DNA from: Octopus vulgaris
Lineage: Eukaryota
Reading direction: 5' to 3'
NCBI GenBank assembly: GCA_951406725.2
Contig: OX597817.1
Location: forward strand, 6,696,001 to 6,760,000
DNA length: 64,000 bases
Under the pieces are notes generated by a model. The model was not told the origin of the DNA, made no database searches, and worked only from the letters and a program-made list of their open reading frames with translations. Shown here one piece after another: positions 41,430 through 53,699 of the stretch. The position numbers and the translations under genes are program-made. How positions within the stretch are numbered: the first letter of the stretch is position 1; every line of letters starts with the position of its first letter.

Positions 41430-42261
41430 TATCATTAACGCATTTTGATCCGAAGTTGGATATTATATCGGCTACCAATGAGCATGATTACGGTGCAGGA
41501 GTCGTGCTTCTGCACAAATATGACTATGGGAGTAAAAATGTTATAGCCCATGCGTTACGATCGTTATTACCAGCGGAAAGGAACTATAGATAAATAGAAA
41601 AAGCGTTAACAATGATATTCAATGTCGAAATTACATAGACTTACTTGTAAAAGAAGTTTCTGTGTACAAATGGAACATCACCCACTTCTGTCAATATACG
41701 GTTCTGAAAAAGGGATACCAACACACACAGCGAATAGACTACAGTGTTGGAGCACTACACTTTATAATTATTATTACATTTTATAGAATATTTACCGTCG
41801 ACAAATATTAAGGTATGAAGATGGTTCATTCAGACTGATACCGAAACATTGCAAGCCATTCGATGATACGGTAATCGCAGCTTCAAGAACAATAGAAATA
41901 AAAAATATAATGTGTAATGTGGTACATGAATTACCGTTAACCCTGGATGACAACACGAAATGCAGTAAAGGACAAATTCATAAAATAAATGAAAAGAACA
42001 CTGTGTTCAGGAAAAGTAAATAGGGACAGGTTTGGTGCAAAACGAAATCAAGACGAGAAACCTGAACTCGGTTTGTGATGGCGTACTGATTATATGTATA
42101 GAAAGTAGTAATACCTGAAGCATTGCAAAAGAAAATGTTCAAGGAATTTCATGTTGGACATTCTGGTATTTTGAAGATGAAAGCTTTAATGCGTAGCTAC
42201 GTGTACTGGCCAAAAATTGATAAAGAAATCATCGAAACTTTATTGAAAAAATCTAGATGTT

Positions 42262-42419
42262 CCGTCACTTAGCGGGTCGGCAAAAGAGACCGATAGAATA
42301 AGTACCGGGTTTACAAAAGAATAAGTCCCGGGGTCGAGTTGCTCGATTAAAGGTGGTGCTCCAGCATGGCCACAGTCAAATGACTGAAACAAGTAAAAGA
42401 GTAAAAGAGTAAAAGAGTA
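42262..42419 (+). mobile_element. SINE family B 3' fragment nested in the integrase
   Basis: CAGCATGGCC.CAGTCAAATGACTGAAAC followed by (AGTAAAAG)3. Confidence 0.8.
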
Positions 42420-42667
42420 TGTGCTCTAGCGACAAAATTAGCGACGATAAAAAGTGAACCTTGGCCAAAAGTAGATACTCTGTGGTCGAAACTACACATC
42501 GATTTCGCTGGATACTTAAACGGTTCATACTAATTGATAGTCTCTCTAGATGGCCTGAAATTTGTAGGTGTAAAAAGCCAACGTCCTCTACTGCGACGAA
42601 CATTCTACACGAACAGTTAGCGAGATTTGACATCCCTGACGCGATAGTGTCTGCCAATGGAACGTAG

Positions 42668-44290
42668 TTTGTGTCTTTTGCTTCTCAATTTGTTTCTTTC
42701 CGTTCTTCTTATTTCTTTTTTTGCAAGCTGCTTGATCTTATTTGCTGGTTCGGTGGCAGTTATTTCAGGTCCTTCATGTAATTTAGGTTTGATGGCAAGT
42801 TCCCTTGCGAATTCAAGCCGCCTTGAAAATAGGAGTCGCAGGATCTAGTCCTCTGCGTAGATAAGTATTTGTTCATAGTTATTGAGTTCTTATAGGACAG
42901 TTCTAACTGTATAATTCTTCTCGACCCACTACTTCTACATAGGTACAGACGGTCAACGGCAGCTTTTGGGTGGTGCATGTTCTTACATGTCAACAACTTT
43001 CTACTTTCTGTCCAGGCGTTGGACCCCCGTAGGATTCCATTTAATGCTGTTAAAACATTATTGGACTACTGGAAGTGCCGGAGTGTTAATGGCTTTGATG
43101 AGATTTTTCGAGTTGATTTCAGTCTTCAGTATAAGATTTATCCTCTTATAGTACTCCTTTCTTAGTTTTTCCTTCATACTAACATGACGTATTTCATTTC
43201 TTTCGTGTCTTTTCCAGGTACTTATAACTTCCTTGCTGGTCAAGTTCCTTGATAGTAGCGTCCGTATCTAATTTAGTGAAAGTTCCTTGTCTGAGTATGT
43301 CTTTTACAAAAGTTGTTTTAGCACACTTATCGAGGCCAAATTCATCCCGATGTCATTGCTGAACTCTTTAACAGTTGTTAGCAGCCCTTGGTCATTCCTA
43401 GCAAACACCTTTGGATCGTTCATATAAAATACACAGCTTATAATATTAAAATTTTTGTACCCATACCTGGTGTTATTCAATTGGTTTGAGAGTGAGATCA
43501 GTGCCAGGCAAAAAAGTAATGGAGAGAGGGAGTCACCTTGAGGGATATCTCGTTTGATATTTAGAAAGGCCAATCTGCCTTGTAAGAATTTCTATACATC
43601 AGAAGATATTTTGTACATCTCAAGGACCTTGTGCCGCCATTTATGTGGGACACTATAAAACACTTTCCTAGTATTCTATCCATGCCATACTCAGGCTCTT
43701 GTTGTGGCTTCCGCAATTCTCTGTAATCGTTTTATTTATGAGCAATTGGTCTTTGCACCCATAAGAATTTCTTTTACAACCTTTTCGAGTTTGAGGATTT
43801 TGTAGGTAGTGTTGAGACATGTCATTGGTCGGCAGGTCTTCGGATTTTTGTTTCTTCGGTTTTTGGTAGTAGGTTTGTAGTTCGTTGTGTCAGCCAGGCA
43901 GGTTTTTTGTTCTGTGTTCAAAATGACATTTGTTAGAGATGTAGTGATCTATTGGTGTAATTCGGTCTAACAATTCAACCAGAAGTTTAGGATTTCGGTC
44001 TAGGCCTAACGTTTTCCACCTAACTCTTCTACTCCTATTCCTTCTTGAACTTCATCCAGCCAGCTTCAGCATTATTCTCATTTTCGTTGCTGCTTATGTT
44101 CTTTCAGAACACTTCCATTTCCTCAGTCATAGAAGGATCATTTATTTGCCAATTTCCCTATAACATTTCTGTACATCTGTCTTGAATACTTTGTTTTGTA
44201 ATAAAATGTTATCATTTTATTCTTTCATCATATCATCTAAGCCCTTGGGCTTTCAACTATATACGCTGTCTCAACGATTACTGGCTTGCA
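42668..44290 (-). mobile_element. Decayed R4/Dong-like non-LTR retrotransposon RT region
   Basis: CRPMTCLNTTYKIL, IKRDIPQGDSLSPLLFCLAL, FYMND, NLIKAINT, MHHPKAAVDRLY. Confidence 0.8.
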
Positions 44291-44314
44291 GAGAGCTTCA
44301 GGAAATTGTTCCGA

Positions 44315-44460
44315 TCTGAGTTCAGATTTCGGCAAGATCGACTTTGCCTTTCATCCTTTCGGCTTCGATAAATTAAGTACCAGTTGCGTAATGGGGACGA
44401 TCTAATCGACTGGCCTCCTGTCCTAAATTGCAGGCATTGTGACCATATTGGAAGGGATTA
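44315..44460 (+). mobile_element. SINE family A fragment
   Basis: TCGACTTTGCCTTTCATCCTTTCGG...TAAATTAAGTACCAG domain. Confidence 0.75.
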
Positions 44461-45611
44461 TTATTATTGTTGTTGTTTTTATTGCTGCTTCTACTGCTGT
44501 TATAGTTGTTATTGTTTTATTATTGATAATGTTGATGTCTTCTTGTCATCGACATCATCATAATAAATCAAATAGAAACAAATAATATTAATAATAATTA
44601 CGTCACCAAAATTGGATCAGGTTTTGTCGATTAAAATAACTAAGTTATAGGCGGAAATTCTCCAGGTGTTGTTATCTTCCATCTCTTATATAAGAAAATA
44701 TTACATGTTGCTCAGAATTGATAGCGCAAGTAGTAGAGCGGTTAATGTCGTTTACTTTCGTTATTGGTAAAAGACGTATTAACTCAATTAACTGCATTCC
44801 TATTGGTGATGAAACTTATATGATAAGAAACAAATGTGTTCTCAGATGTATATAACACTAATAGTATTAATAACTTTGCCATTACATGATGTATGCTCGT
44901 GCGAATGAGTGGCATATGGTGATAATTATGATAGATTAATCAAGGCGTAGAAGACATTTTATATTCACAATAGTCGATCTGATATCTTTAATCTCATAAC
45001 CTTCTTATATTAGAAAGTTTCATATAAAATAAATGATTTTTTTCATTCCAATTGTTGCAAGTAATATTATTTATTAATCACAAATAACTCGAGAAATCTT
45101 ATATAAATTTGTAAATTGACATTTACTGATGCAAATATATATATATATATATATAATAGAAACAGGTTTCAAAACAAAAGACTACACGTGGTATAAATAG
45201 GGAGAATTTTTTTTTAAAAACAAAGAAAATGCACATTAGGTATAAAAGTAATGGCTTTTTTTTATTTTAAAGCAAAGACATATACATACAAATAAATTAT
45301 TTGAGGTGGAATTAAGTAGAATAAAAATCATTATTATGAGTCATTTTAGAAAATCAAAGTCATAGCGATTTCGTCAGAACTGATCACTGACTTTGAATCA
45401 ACACCGATTTCCAAACGGTGTTGGCTCTAATTGTACATGAGTGAAAAGATTGCATGCAAGGGCGGTAAGCAGTTCTAAAATTGATGCAATTAAGGTAGAT
45501 ATGTTTACTAGAATATGAATAGTATATGGGATATATGATAATATTGCTATTACTAACACCAGTAATCCCATTAATCCTCATACATTCCATATACCATTCA
45601 TAGTCTACTAA

Positions 45612-46808
45612 TTCAGACGTAACAGGAGTAAATAGACAGCCTAAAATCGTTTGAATTTATTTTAATCTGAAACTATACTTTCAAATTATTCGTTAATTAC
45701 CATAATGTGAATATCTAATATTTAGTAGGCAAAACCTCTGTGTTTTTCGATGCAAGGTCCCTGTTGGTCATGCTACTGAACAAACGAAGAATAGAATCTT
45801 GAAGAATTTCACACCAAGTTTCATGCAGTAATTTCGAAAGATCTGGCTTTGAGAATGCTTTCTTGTTTTCTACGAAGTGTCCTGTCTGTAAAGCCCAGAG
45901 GTGTTCAATAAGATCCATAACTGGTAACTTGCTAGGTCATGGAGGCTTTTTAATGCCATTCTCTTAGGTCTCTCTAGCAGTGTGACAAGCTGCCCTATCT
46001 TCCATAAACAAAGTTTTCTTTAATCATTTCACCGCTGGAGAAGATGCGTGAAGTCTTTTCTACAATATGAACACATATTTATCTAAGTTATGTTTCCCTC
46101 ACACTCCATCAGCTCTGATCGACCACTGCTCCAAATTGCTCCAGATACCATCATAGAAGTGCCACAGTATTTCATTGTTAACTGCAATTTTTTCACGTCA
46201 AATTTTTGATCACGCAGTTCCAGACCTACACTCGACCGCTGTCAGAAAATACAGCAAATCTGGACTCATTAGAGAATATTGCTAGTGACCTCTCCACTAT
46301 CTCACTGGCCCAACCTTTTCTCCACTTGGTACTGAGTGGTCGAAGAAATGGTTGTCTTCTTGCTGCTCTGCCATAGCATCCAAGTTTGTGGAGATACCTG
46401 ACAGCTATTCTGGAACTGACATCAACTTGTTCTGCTATGTCAGAAGCATTGCAACGCAGATTAACCTCCACGTTTCTCTTAACGAAGTGAAGGGTCCTGG
46501 TCGGTCTGGGTGAGGTGATGTTGACTCCTTCCTCTCTGTGATGAATTGCACAATCACTCTTAATTGTAGAAAGCGGGATCCCAAGGTTCTCTGCGATTTT
46601 ACGCACAGTCCTCGTTCAGATTGACCCACAATACAGACTCTTTGAAATTCGGACAGTTCCAAACCTCATTCTGTATTAAATCATGATTAAATAGATCCAT
46701 ACAGAAAATGAAACATAAACATGTCAGTTAATAAAAAATATAAACATTTTCAAGTTAAACATAAAACGATGTTTTATGGGCTGTCTATTTCCATTTGTCA
46801 TTTCTGTG
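45612..46808 (-). mobile_element. Tc1-like DNA transposon with frameshifted transposase
   Basis: Imperfect TIRs (AAATAGACAGCC at ~45630, GGCTGTCTATTT at ~46779); ORFs MELSEFQRVCIVG, RKIAENLGIPLSTI, IFSNESRF, DLIEHLW, LPTKY. Confidence 0.88.
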
Positions 46809-47089
46809 CATCTATTTGTGCATATAGATGTACGTAAGAAAATTAAGTAACTATGTTTCACAAACTATCATTCATCCTAGCTACTAAAATGTTTCACTCC
46901 TTTGAGTGAATGATATTCGCATTTTTCAGCGTATATTTTTGCTAGTGTATTCGTATATGTTTATCATACTGGGTTCACAAAGTTCAAAGTTCATGTATCA
47001 ATGCCTCTGTTATTATAACTTAATGATATATTTAGTGATATTGAGAAGTATTATACACACACACACACAAACACACACAGACAGACAGA

Positions 47090-47153
<64 letters not shown>

Positions 47154-47347
47154 AGATATAAGAAAATGAGAAACACATTAGTTGGTTTATCATCTTTAGG
47201 ATATTAGAATGTTGTCTTATTTAATTAACAAAACTACAACCATAATAACATACATATATACAGTATAAAATTCTATACATTTAAGAAAAGAATACAAGTA
47301 GTTATATATATATATATTTATATATATATTTATAGATTATATATATA

Positions 47348-47414
<67 letters not shown>

Positions 47415-47729
47415 TAATATATGTATGAGCAACAATTCTACGTCCTCCCTCGCTCACGGTTGATAATGTTTCTAATAAAGGTGAATTCATTAAAATTAAA
47501 AATACACTATCGCTGAAGATATAAAGCGTATTCTCTTCACGGATAAATGCAATAAGAATTACTAATGTACACATATACAGACAGGCGGATGCAGGTGATT
47601 TTGAGGAACTCTACGAGTTGCATAGGCAGGTATGTTTTCGAATCCCACATCACCAGCTCATTACAAGAAGTTTGTGCTTAACAACTCACACAGTTTATTC
47701 TTACTGTTGTTTCATCTCTTACTTTCCAA

Positions 47730-47945
47730 ATGCAGAGTGGGTACAGGCTACCCGGAGAATCTCTTAGCATCTTTATCAGCTTGCCATCTTTTTGATTTAA
47801 AGTGTGTTCGAAAGTACTTCATTTCAGCTGGCGTGAACATCAGTTTCTCTTTTCAAATTCCAATCAGCCAAATTTTCAGCAATTCTTCCTTTCCTTTCAA
47901 CTCTACGATGCCATATGAGTGCAACAAACATGACGAAAATCTATA
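47730..47945 (-). pseudogene. Decayed THAP-like domain, probably transposon-derived
   Basis: KEELLKIWLIGI*KEKLMFTP...RTHFK...PVPTLHL resembles the THAP W...HF...AVPT signature; in-frame stops. Confidence 0.45.
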
Positions 47946-48586
47946 ATGTATCATTGTGCGTCGAATTTGTTTTCCTTTCAAAAACAAACAGCTACAGCGA
48001 TCTCGTTCTGCATGATAAGTAAGTCTATCAAGGTAAGAAAGGGGAAAAAACAGCAACAAAATTAACGTTAATAAGGTGGATAAAAAAAAAACAATGTAAA
48101 AGGAAACCGAATAAGGCAAAGTCTGCTTTAATTAAAATGAGCAAAATCAAGAACAAAATTCTCCCTTAGAAGAATGGGCGACCGTATGCATGCAGTTCAT
48201 AAATCCGTTAGGGCAGTAATCTCCTCTGATAAAAGATATAGAATAGAATTATCAGTTGATGACTTTTCAAAAAGACACGTTCGTTCGTCATTTCATGTGA
48301 GTAAGCCTAAAAATTTCGAAAGTAGTTAACATCAACATAACAGAAGGTATCAACAGAAATAAGACAGGAAAAATACTGAGAATCATTTGTGTTTTGTACT
48401 TCTTTGAAATTAATATGCGACTTTGCTGAAAAAAGTCTCAAAATTTCAGGAAAATCCATATTATTTATCTTTGTCATATAACACACATATCGTCGGTCAC
48501 AGAATTATTATCAACTCTCAAATATTCTGTGTGTTTTATTATTTGAACATCTCAGCAAGCGATCATTAAACTGTCTTTTATTTGTA

Positions 48587-48648
<62 letters not shown>

Positions 48649-48689
48649 TATAATATATTCCAGTTTAGATAACACACACTATATATTGG

Positions 48690-48720
<31 letters not shown>

Positions 48721-49004
48721 GTATATATATATATATATATATATATATTAATGAGGGGAGATAAATTAATAATATTAAGCGGGCAAGAATCTGAAAAATC
48801 ATACAAAAATCTGAAAAATCAGAGAAAATTCTAATACATGTGTATATTGACAGGGCAAGACCGCTAGGTAGTCGGCCGCATGCTAGAAATATATCATCAA
48901 CGATCAAACTACAAAGAATGTTCTCTAGAGGAAAAATTCATCGAAACACCAGAAACAAATTAGGCGGGCAAGACAGATGAAAGTTTGTATAAAAAACATA
49001 ATTA

Positions 49005-49081
49005 ATCGCATACCTCGGTTTCGACTATTAACAAAATAATTACTTACATAATTCAAATGTCCGTAGTCTCGTCAGTACGAT
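49005..49081 (-). ncRNA. Type I hammerhead ribozyme, left arm
   Basis: Reverse-complement copy of 49298-49374 with the core intact. Confidence 0.8.
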
Positions 49082-49297
49082 CGTTCAAAACAAATGTAAT
49101 CCGGAAAAATAACCCCAGCCTTCTGTGCCAAAACAGAATTTACATAATTTACTGCAGTTTTTCGATTCAGGAATTTTTAGGGCGCCAGAACTAAGACATT
49201 TGACATTTATCCCTAATGTAATTGGTAAAACTAAACACGTACTGTTTTGGCACAGAAAGCTGGGGTTAGTTTTTTCAGATTACATTTGTTCTGAACG

Positions 49298-49374
49298 ATC
49301 GTACTGACGAGACTACGGACATTTGAATTATGTAAGTAATTCTTTTGTTAATAGTCGAAACCGAGGTATGCGAT
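49298..49374 (+). ncRNA. Type I hammerhead ribozyme, right arm
   Basis: AUCGUA-CUGACGA-GACUA-(36 nt)-UAGUC-GAAA-CCGAG-GUA-UGCGAU; predicted cleavage after A49368. Confidence 0.82.
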
Positions 49375-50117
49375 TAATTCTGTTTTTTATATAAATTTTC
49401 ATCTGTCTTGCCCGCCTAATTTGTTTCTGGTGTTTCGCTGAATTTTTCCTCTAGAGAACATTCTTTGTAGTTTGATCGTTGATGATCTATTTCTAGCATA
49501 CGGCCGACTACCTAGTGGTCTTGCCCTGTAAATATATACATATAAAAATTTTTTACGTAATAAAATACCTAAGGCTCTATAGATATTAGACCATTTATAG
49601 ATAGAAGGTTTTACAGCTGTTTCTAGGATATTTATCAATAATATCCCTCCGTCGGAGACGGTGTGAGAGCAAAGTTAAGTCAGTTAGTTTAGATGTGATA
49701 CAAAATAGAGAGTGAGGTGGAGGAAAGAAAATAGATACAAGATATGTATGGGTATTGAAGTTGTAAATCCATTTTATAGGTATAATGGTATATATGCAAT
49801 ATTCCAATATCCTATGGGTAAATTCCAAAAGTCCAACAGAGTTTAAAATGAGTTATGTGTTTGTATATATACATATATATACATACATAAATAAATGTAT
49901 ATATATATATATATATACATTTATTTATGTGTATATATATACACACATACATAGACACATACCCACACACACAAACATTGAACCTGAGCCATATTGAATT
50001 TTAGGACTTGCGTAAACAGCCCAGCGATATCAAATTCTAGTAAGAATATAAGGCTTACCATCTATACAGCAATATACGTACGTATACAAACACTCACATA
50101 CACATTACACACATACA

Positions 50118-50160
<43 letters not shown>

Positions 50161-50957
50161 CATGTATATCTCCCATAAGCTAATATCGAGTTAATATATT
50201 ATAGACCATTTTGCTTAGCATATCAAAAACATTCATTCCTTACTATACTCCATTGCTTTCATTGTGAAATAGTTCAGGTCTTGAATTCCATTTTAATCGA
50301 AATACAATATTATGTTATATACTCTACGTTATTTCATATAAAATACTTAATATTCTGCGTATATCTTATTTTATTTATCAATATTAAAATTTTGTATATT
50401 ATAATCTATGAAAATGCAATTTTTGCGTCTATTGTACTTTTTATTCATTATGTAATATTTATATTATATTTGTAACCTATTGTAGTGATTTATTTATTTT
50501 TAACATTTTTTGTCTCTCCCCTAACTAGTATATGTATGTTCCATTGCGTTCTACAACAATGAGATTCGGTAAAGCTATTTATTTATACATAGTGGGGGTA
50601 TTTATTCATTTAATTTCTTTCCTTATTTCATTTTATTTATCTATTTTCGTAGGGAATTGATTTCGCGTGTTGAATTTCTATTTAAGGATACAATATATGG
50701 TGAATAAGCTTTAATTCAGTATCGAAGCAATTTCGAATAGGGTGATTATGTTCTTAATGTACACACAGAGACACAGCCACACAGATTTTTACAGATGCAC
50801 GCACTCACACGCGCACACATGCAAACACACGCACACACGCTCAAACACACACACACACACATACAAAAATACAAACTCATGAATATATTTATGGAACATC
50901 AATATTAAATATTTCAAGTGTATTCGAACGTAAAGAGGCCCTTAACTGCGGAAAAAT

Positions 50958-51326
50958 ACAAAATTTAGAGGAATGACCACTAATAGTGGACAGCCTGTAT
51001 GCTAGATATAGACGTCAAACTCGCTATTTACCACCAATAATTAATTTGTGGAGCTTTATACATGCTGGAATTCGGTCGAGCGCCCTGTATCTAGTTCTAG
51101 AAATTGTACTTCGTAAACGACAGACTAAGCTGACGATCGTGCAGATGTTTACGTATCCATATACGTAAATATTAACAAGTGAAACTAATTAGTACGTAGG
51201 TAATGTTTTTTTTTATTTTCGTATATTTCTCCTTGAGAACACATTCTTCGTGGTAAATGGCGATTTTGACGTATATATCTAGCATACAGGCTGTCCACTA
51301 TTAGTGGTCATTCCTCTAAATTTTGT
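50958..51326. mobile_element. Hairpin element (~77 bp inverted arms) with an HHR in the loop
   Basis: Arms at 50958-51034 and 51250-51326. Confidence 0.88.
51125..51199 (+). ncRNA. Type I hammerhead motif, partly decayed
   Basis: CUAAG-CUGACGA-(long imperfect stem II)-GAAA-CUAAUUA-GUA-CGUAG; stem III region ACUAAUUAGU is palindromic; mismatches in stems I and II. Confidence 0.65.
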
Positions 51327-51413
51327 TTGTGTAAAATTTTTAATCTTCGGATTTCTTTAAAAATATGCTAGTCCACTGGTTTTAATTGATTAATATCAAT
51401 TTTTACCCTTATT

Positions 51414-51460
<47 letters not shown>

Positions 51461-51462
<2 letters not shown>

Positions 51463-51771
51463 AGGCGCAATGGCCCAGTGGTTAGAGTAGTGGACTCGTG
51501 GTGGTAGGATCGCGGTTTCGATTCCCAGACCGGGCGTTGTGAGTGTTTATTGAGCGAAAACACCTAAATCTCCACGAGGCTCCGGCAGTGGGTGATGGCG
51601 ATCCCTGCTGTACTCTTTCGTCACAACTATCTCTCACTCTTTCTTCTGTTGGCCTGCTCGCTTAGCCAGTGGGGTGGCGTCATTCGAAGGTTAAAACAAT
51701 GCGAAGTGCATTGTGATCAACGATGTGTAGCAACATCTGATAGCCTGGTCGGTCACGGTGATCACGGTGAT
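51461..51771 (+). mobile_element. Full-length SINE family C, tail variant 2, in (TA)n
   Basis: Same ~180 bp head as 41043 and 56980 but a different 3' part. Confidence 0.88.
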
Positions 51772-51782
51772 ATATATATATA

Positions 51783-51987
51783 TAATTAATCAATATAGGG
51801 TGGCAAAAAATTTTGTAGAATTTTTTTGCCACCAGCAAACAGTAGACGAAACGGTGCATCGTATAAGAAATTGCAGGGTAAACGTTTTTTTAATTTTCTC
51901 CTGTTTACGGAATTGATGTTATTTTGCGGTTGAGGCTTTGGCTGTTATTTCTAGTGGGTGAATGGCCTATTATGGCTGTTCCTTGAT

Positions 51988-51992
<5 letters not shown>
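51783..51992 (+). mobile_element. Shortened member of the 24220-25307 HHR family
   Basis: Same two termini (TAATTAATCAATATAGGG and CTTGATcGTGAT); keeps only the 3' half of the HHR (GAAACGGUGCAUCGUAUAAGAAAU). Confidence 0.85.
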
Positions 51993-52042
<50 letters not shown>

Positions 52043-52048
<6 letters not shown>

Positions 52049-52255
52049 TAATCCAAACATGAAAACACAAAAAGAAAACACAACAACGCGAGGACGTGGA
52101 ACAAGTATAGTGTTATTGGACGCTCGGGAAAGAAGGAAAGAAGGAGGGTTTAACGTTTCGAGCAGAGCTCTTCGTCAGAAACATAGGAAAAGGAAAGATC
52201 CAAAGAAGGAAAGACGGAGGAAAAGAATCGCCAACGGTACACACGCGGTCACATA
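52043..52255 (-). mobile_element. Short (TA)n-embedded element carrying a minimal HHR
   Basis: Bounded by (TA)n on both sides; contains 52148-52182. Confidence 0.7.
52148..52182 (-). ncRNA. Minimal hammerhead ribozyme (no stem III, ACGU palindrome)
   Basis: GUUU-CUGACGA-A-GAGC-UCU-GCUC-GAAA-CGUU-AAAC. Confidence 0.75.
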
Positions 52256-52339
52256 TATATATATGAGAATTTTTTGCGTAATAAGATAAAAGATCAAGGC
52301 TGTATAGATATTAGAGCATTTATAGATATATATTTCTAT

Positions 52340-53100
52340 CTATAAATGCTCCAATATCTATATGGCCCCTTAATCAATTTGTATAAGAAGCTCCAACTTC
52401 TGACCCGTCCAATTGTTGATGCAATTTATGAGTCTCCAGTATTGTGGTGGTGTCCTCTATGTCTAATTGGACAGCCATCACCAGCCATAATTTTAAAATT
52501 TAGACCAAGATATGTGGGCACGAGCCTAGTGGAACTGTCGAATGCTTTCTTGCTTCTTCCGTTTCCCACGTGTCACATACGCTTTATTATTCCAAATTTG
52601 TTAGAGAATCAGTTCCAGTTGTTGCTGTGTTGCTCGTTCCAGTGCCTATTTTTTTAAATACATTTATACGCTATTGTTTTTTCAGTTAATTTTCATAATA
52701 ATTTCTAGTGGGGTATTTTGTGTGACATTATTGCCTTGTCACACTAATGGCCCCTTTGAATGTTTTAAGTTCTCAAATGTGACGTTTAATTTTTCTCTGA
52801 CAACCGTGTTTCTTCGATTTGTCTTTTGCGTTTGTGCTCGCCTATTCTTCGTTGTTCTTGTTGGTATTCCGGGCAGTGTTGGCGTTGGCGGTGTTTTCTC
52901 TATTATTTTCCTTTTTCATGTTAATGGCGGTGCTGATGCTGTTAGTGGTGTTGGTACTGGTGTCATTGTTTGTGCTGTTCGTGTTGTGAAGAGTGGGGAG
53001 ATAAACAGTGTACTTGCTGTTACAACAGCCAGATGCGCTCCCCTCCACGACATATTCAATATTGTTTTTCGTGTAAACGAAAAAGACAAACACAATTATT
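52340..53100 (-). mobile_element. Probable ORF1 relic of a Tx1/L1-like LINE
   Basis: Thr/Asn-rich leader, then LELIL*QIWNNKAYVTRG, which resembles VEAALRYIRDDTEYIARG at ~60470. Confidence 0.4.
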
Positions 53101-53699
53101 TTTTTCGTAAAAATGGATTAAACGTCCAAATTTTGTTCCTAAAAGGGGGAACTTTTAACAAAAGAACCAAAAGAGGTTCAGAAAACAAAAACAGTTAACC
53201 AGTTGGGCATGTCCCTTATATTATACATAAAGAACACCAGACTTTAAAATGACTGACATTGTTTTCCTTATGGATACACACCTTCATCACACATACAGAT
53301 ACTTCGAACATTATATCATACATACAACAGCATAAAATCCAAATTTCCAAAGGCAGTTGAAGGCTTTAACACGAAAGCGTCCTGGAGCCTCTATAAATCC
53401 TTGGTCATGGAAACCACCACACTCCACTTAAGGAGCGGGACATCTACCCCGCTCCCATCCCGGAGTTCTAACGGTAAGTAGTCCCCTCCTTTTTTTTCTC
53501 CTTACCAACCACTCAAATGGTCATACTAAAAAAAAAGTAGGTTGCATAAATGTACTTCACCAGGTGTCCCCTTCGAAACAGGGTCACCTACACAACGACC
53601 TCAGTTCATGAAGTATAGATGTAATAGCCATTACTGAATTCAGACTAGCCGAACCGCGTTCTTTCATGCCCAATTTCGATGATTACGAAATCTACGCAT

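Larger units (their letters stand above)
38955..42667 (+). mobile_element. Decayed Ty3/Gypsy LTR retrotransposon, 3'-truncated
   Basis: PBS-like TGGCGACGAGG (~39119), gag, CCHC knuckle CFRCGKIGHIKAHC (~40131), RT AYLDD (~40644), RNase H, integrase RSYVYWP (~42190) and WSKLHIDFAG (~42482). Many stops and frameshifts. Confidence 0.9.
48835..49544. mobile_element. ~710 bp palindromic element (~300 bp arms, 105 bp spacer) with an HHR in each arm
   Basis: 48835-49136 is the reverse complement of 49242-49544 with scattered mismatches. Confidence 0.92.

Noticed and set aside
47581-47630. Short + strand exon QADAGDFEELYELHRQ|GTATGT
   Set aside because: No pyrimidine tract, too short, and adjacent to the opposite-strand THAP relic.
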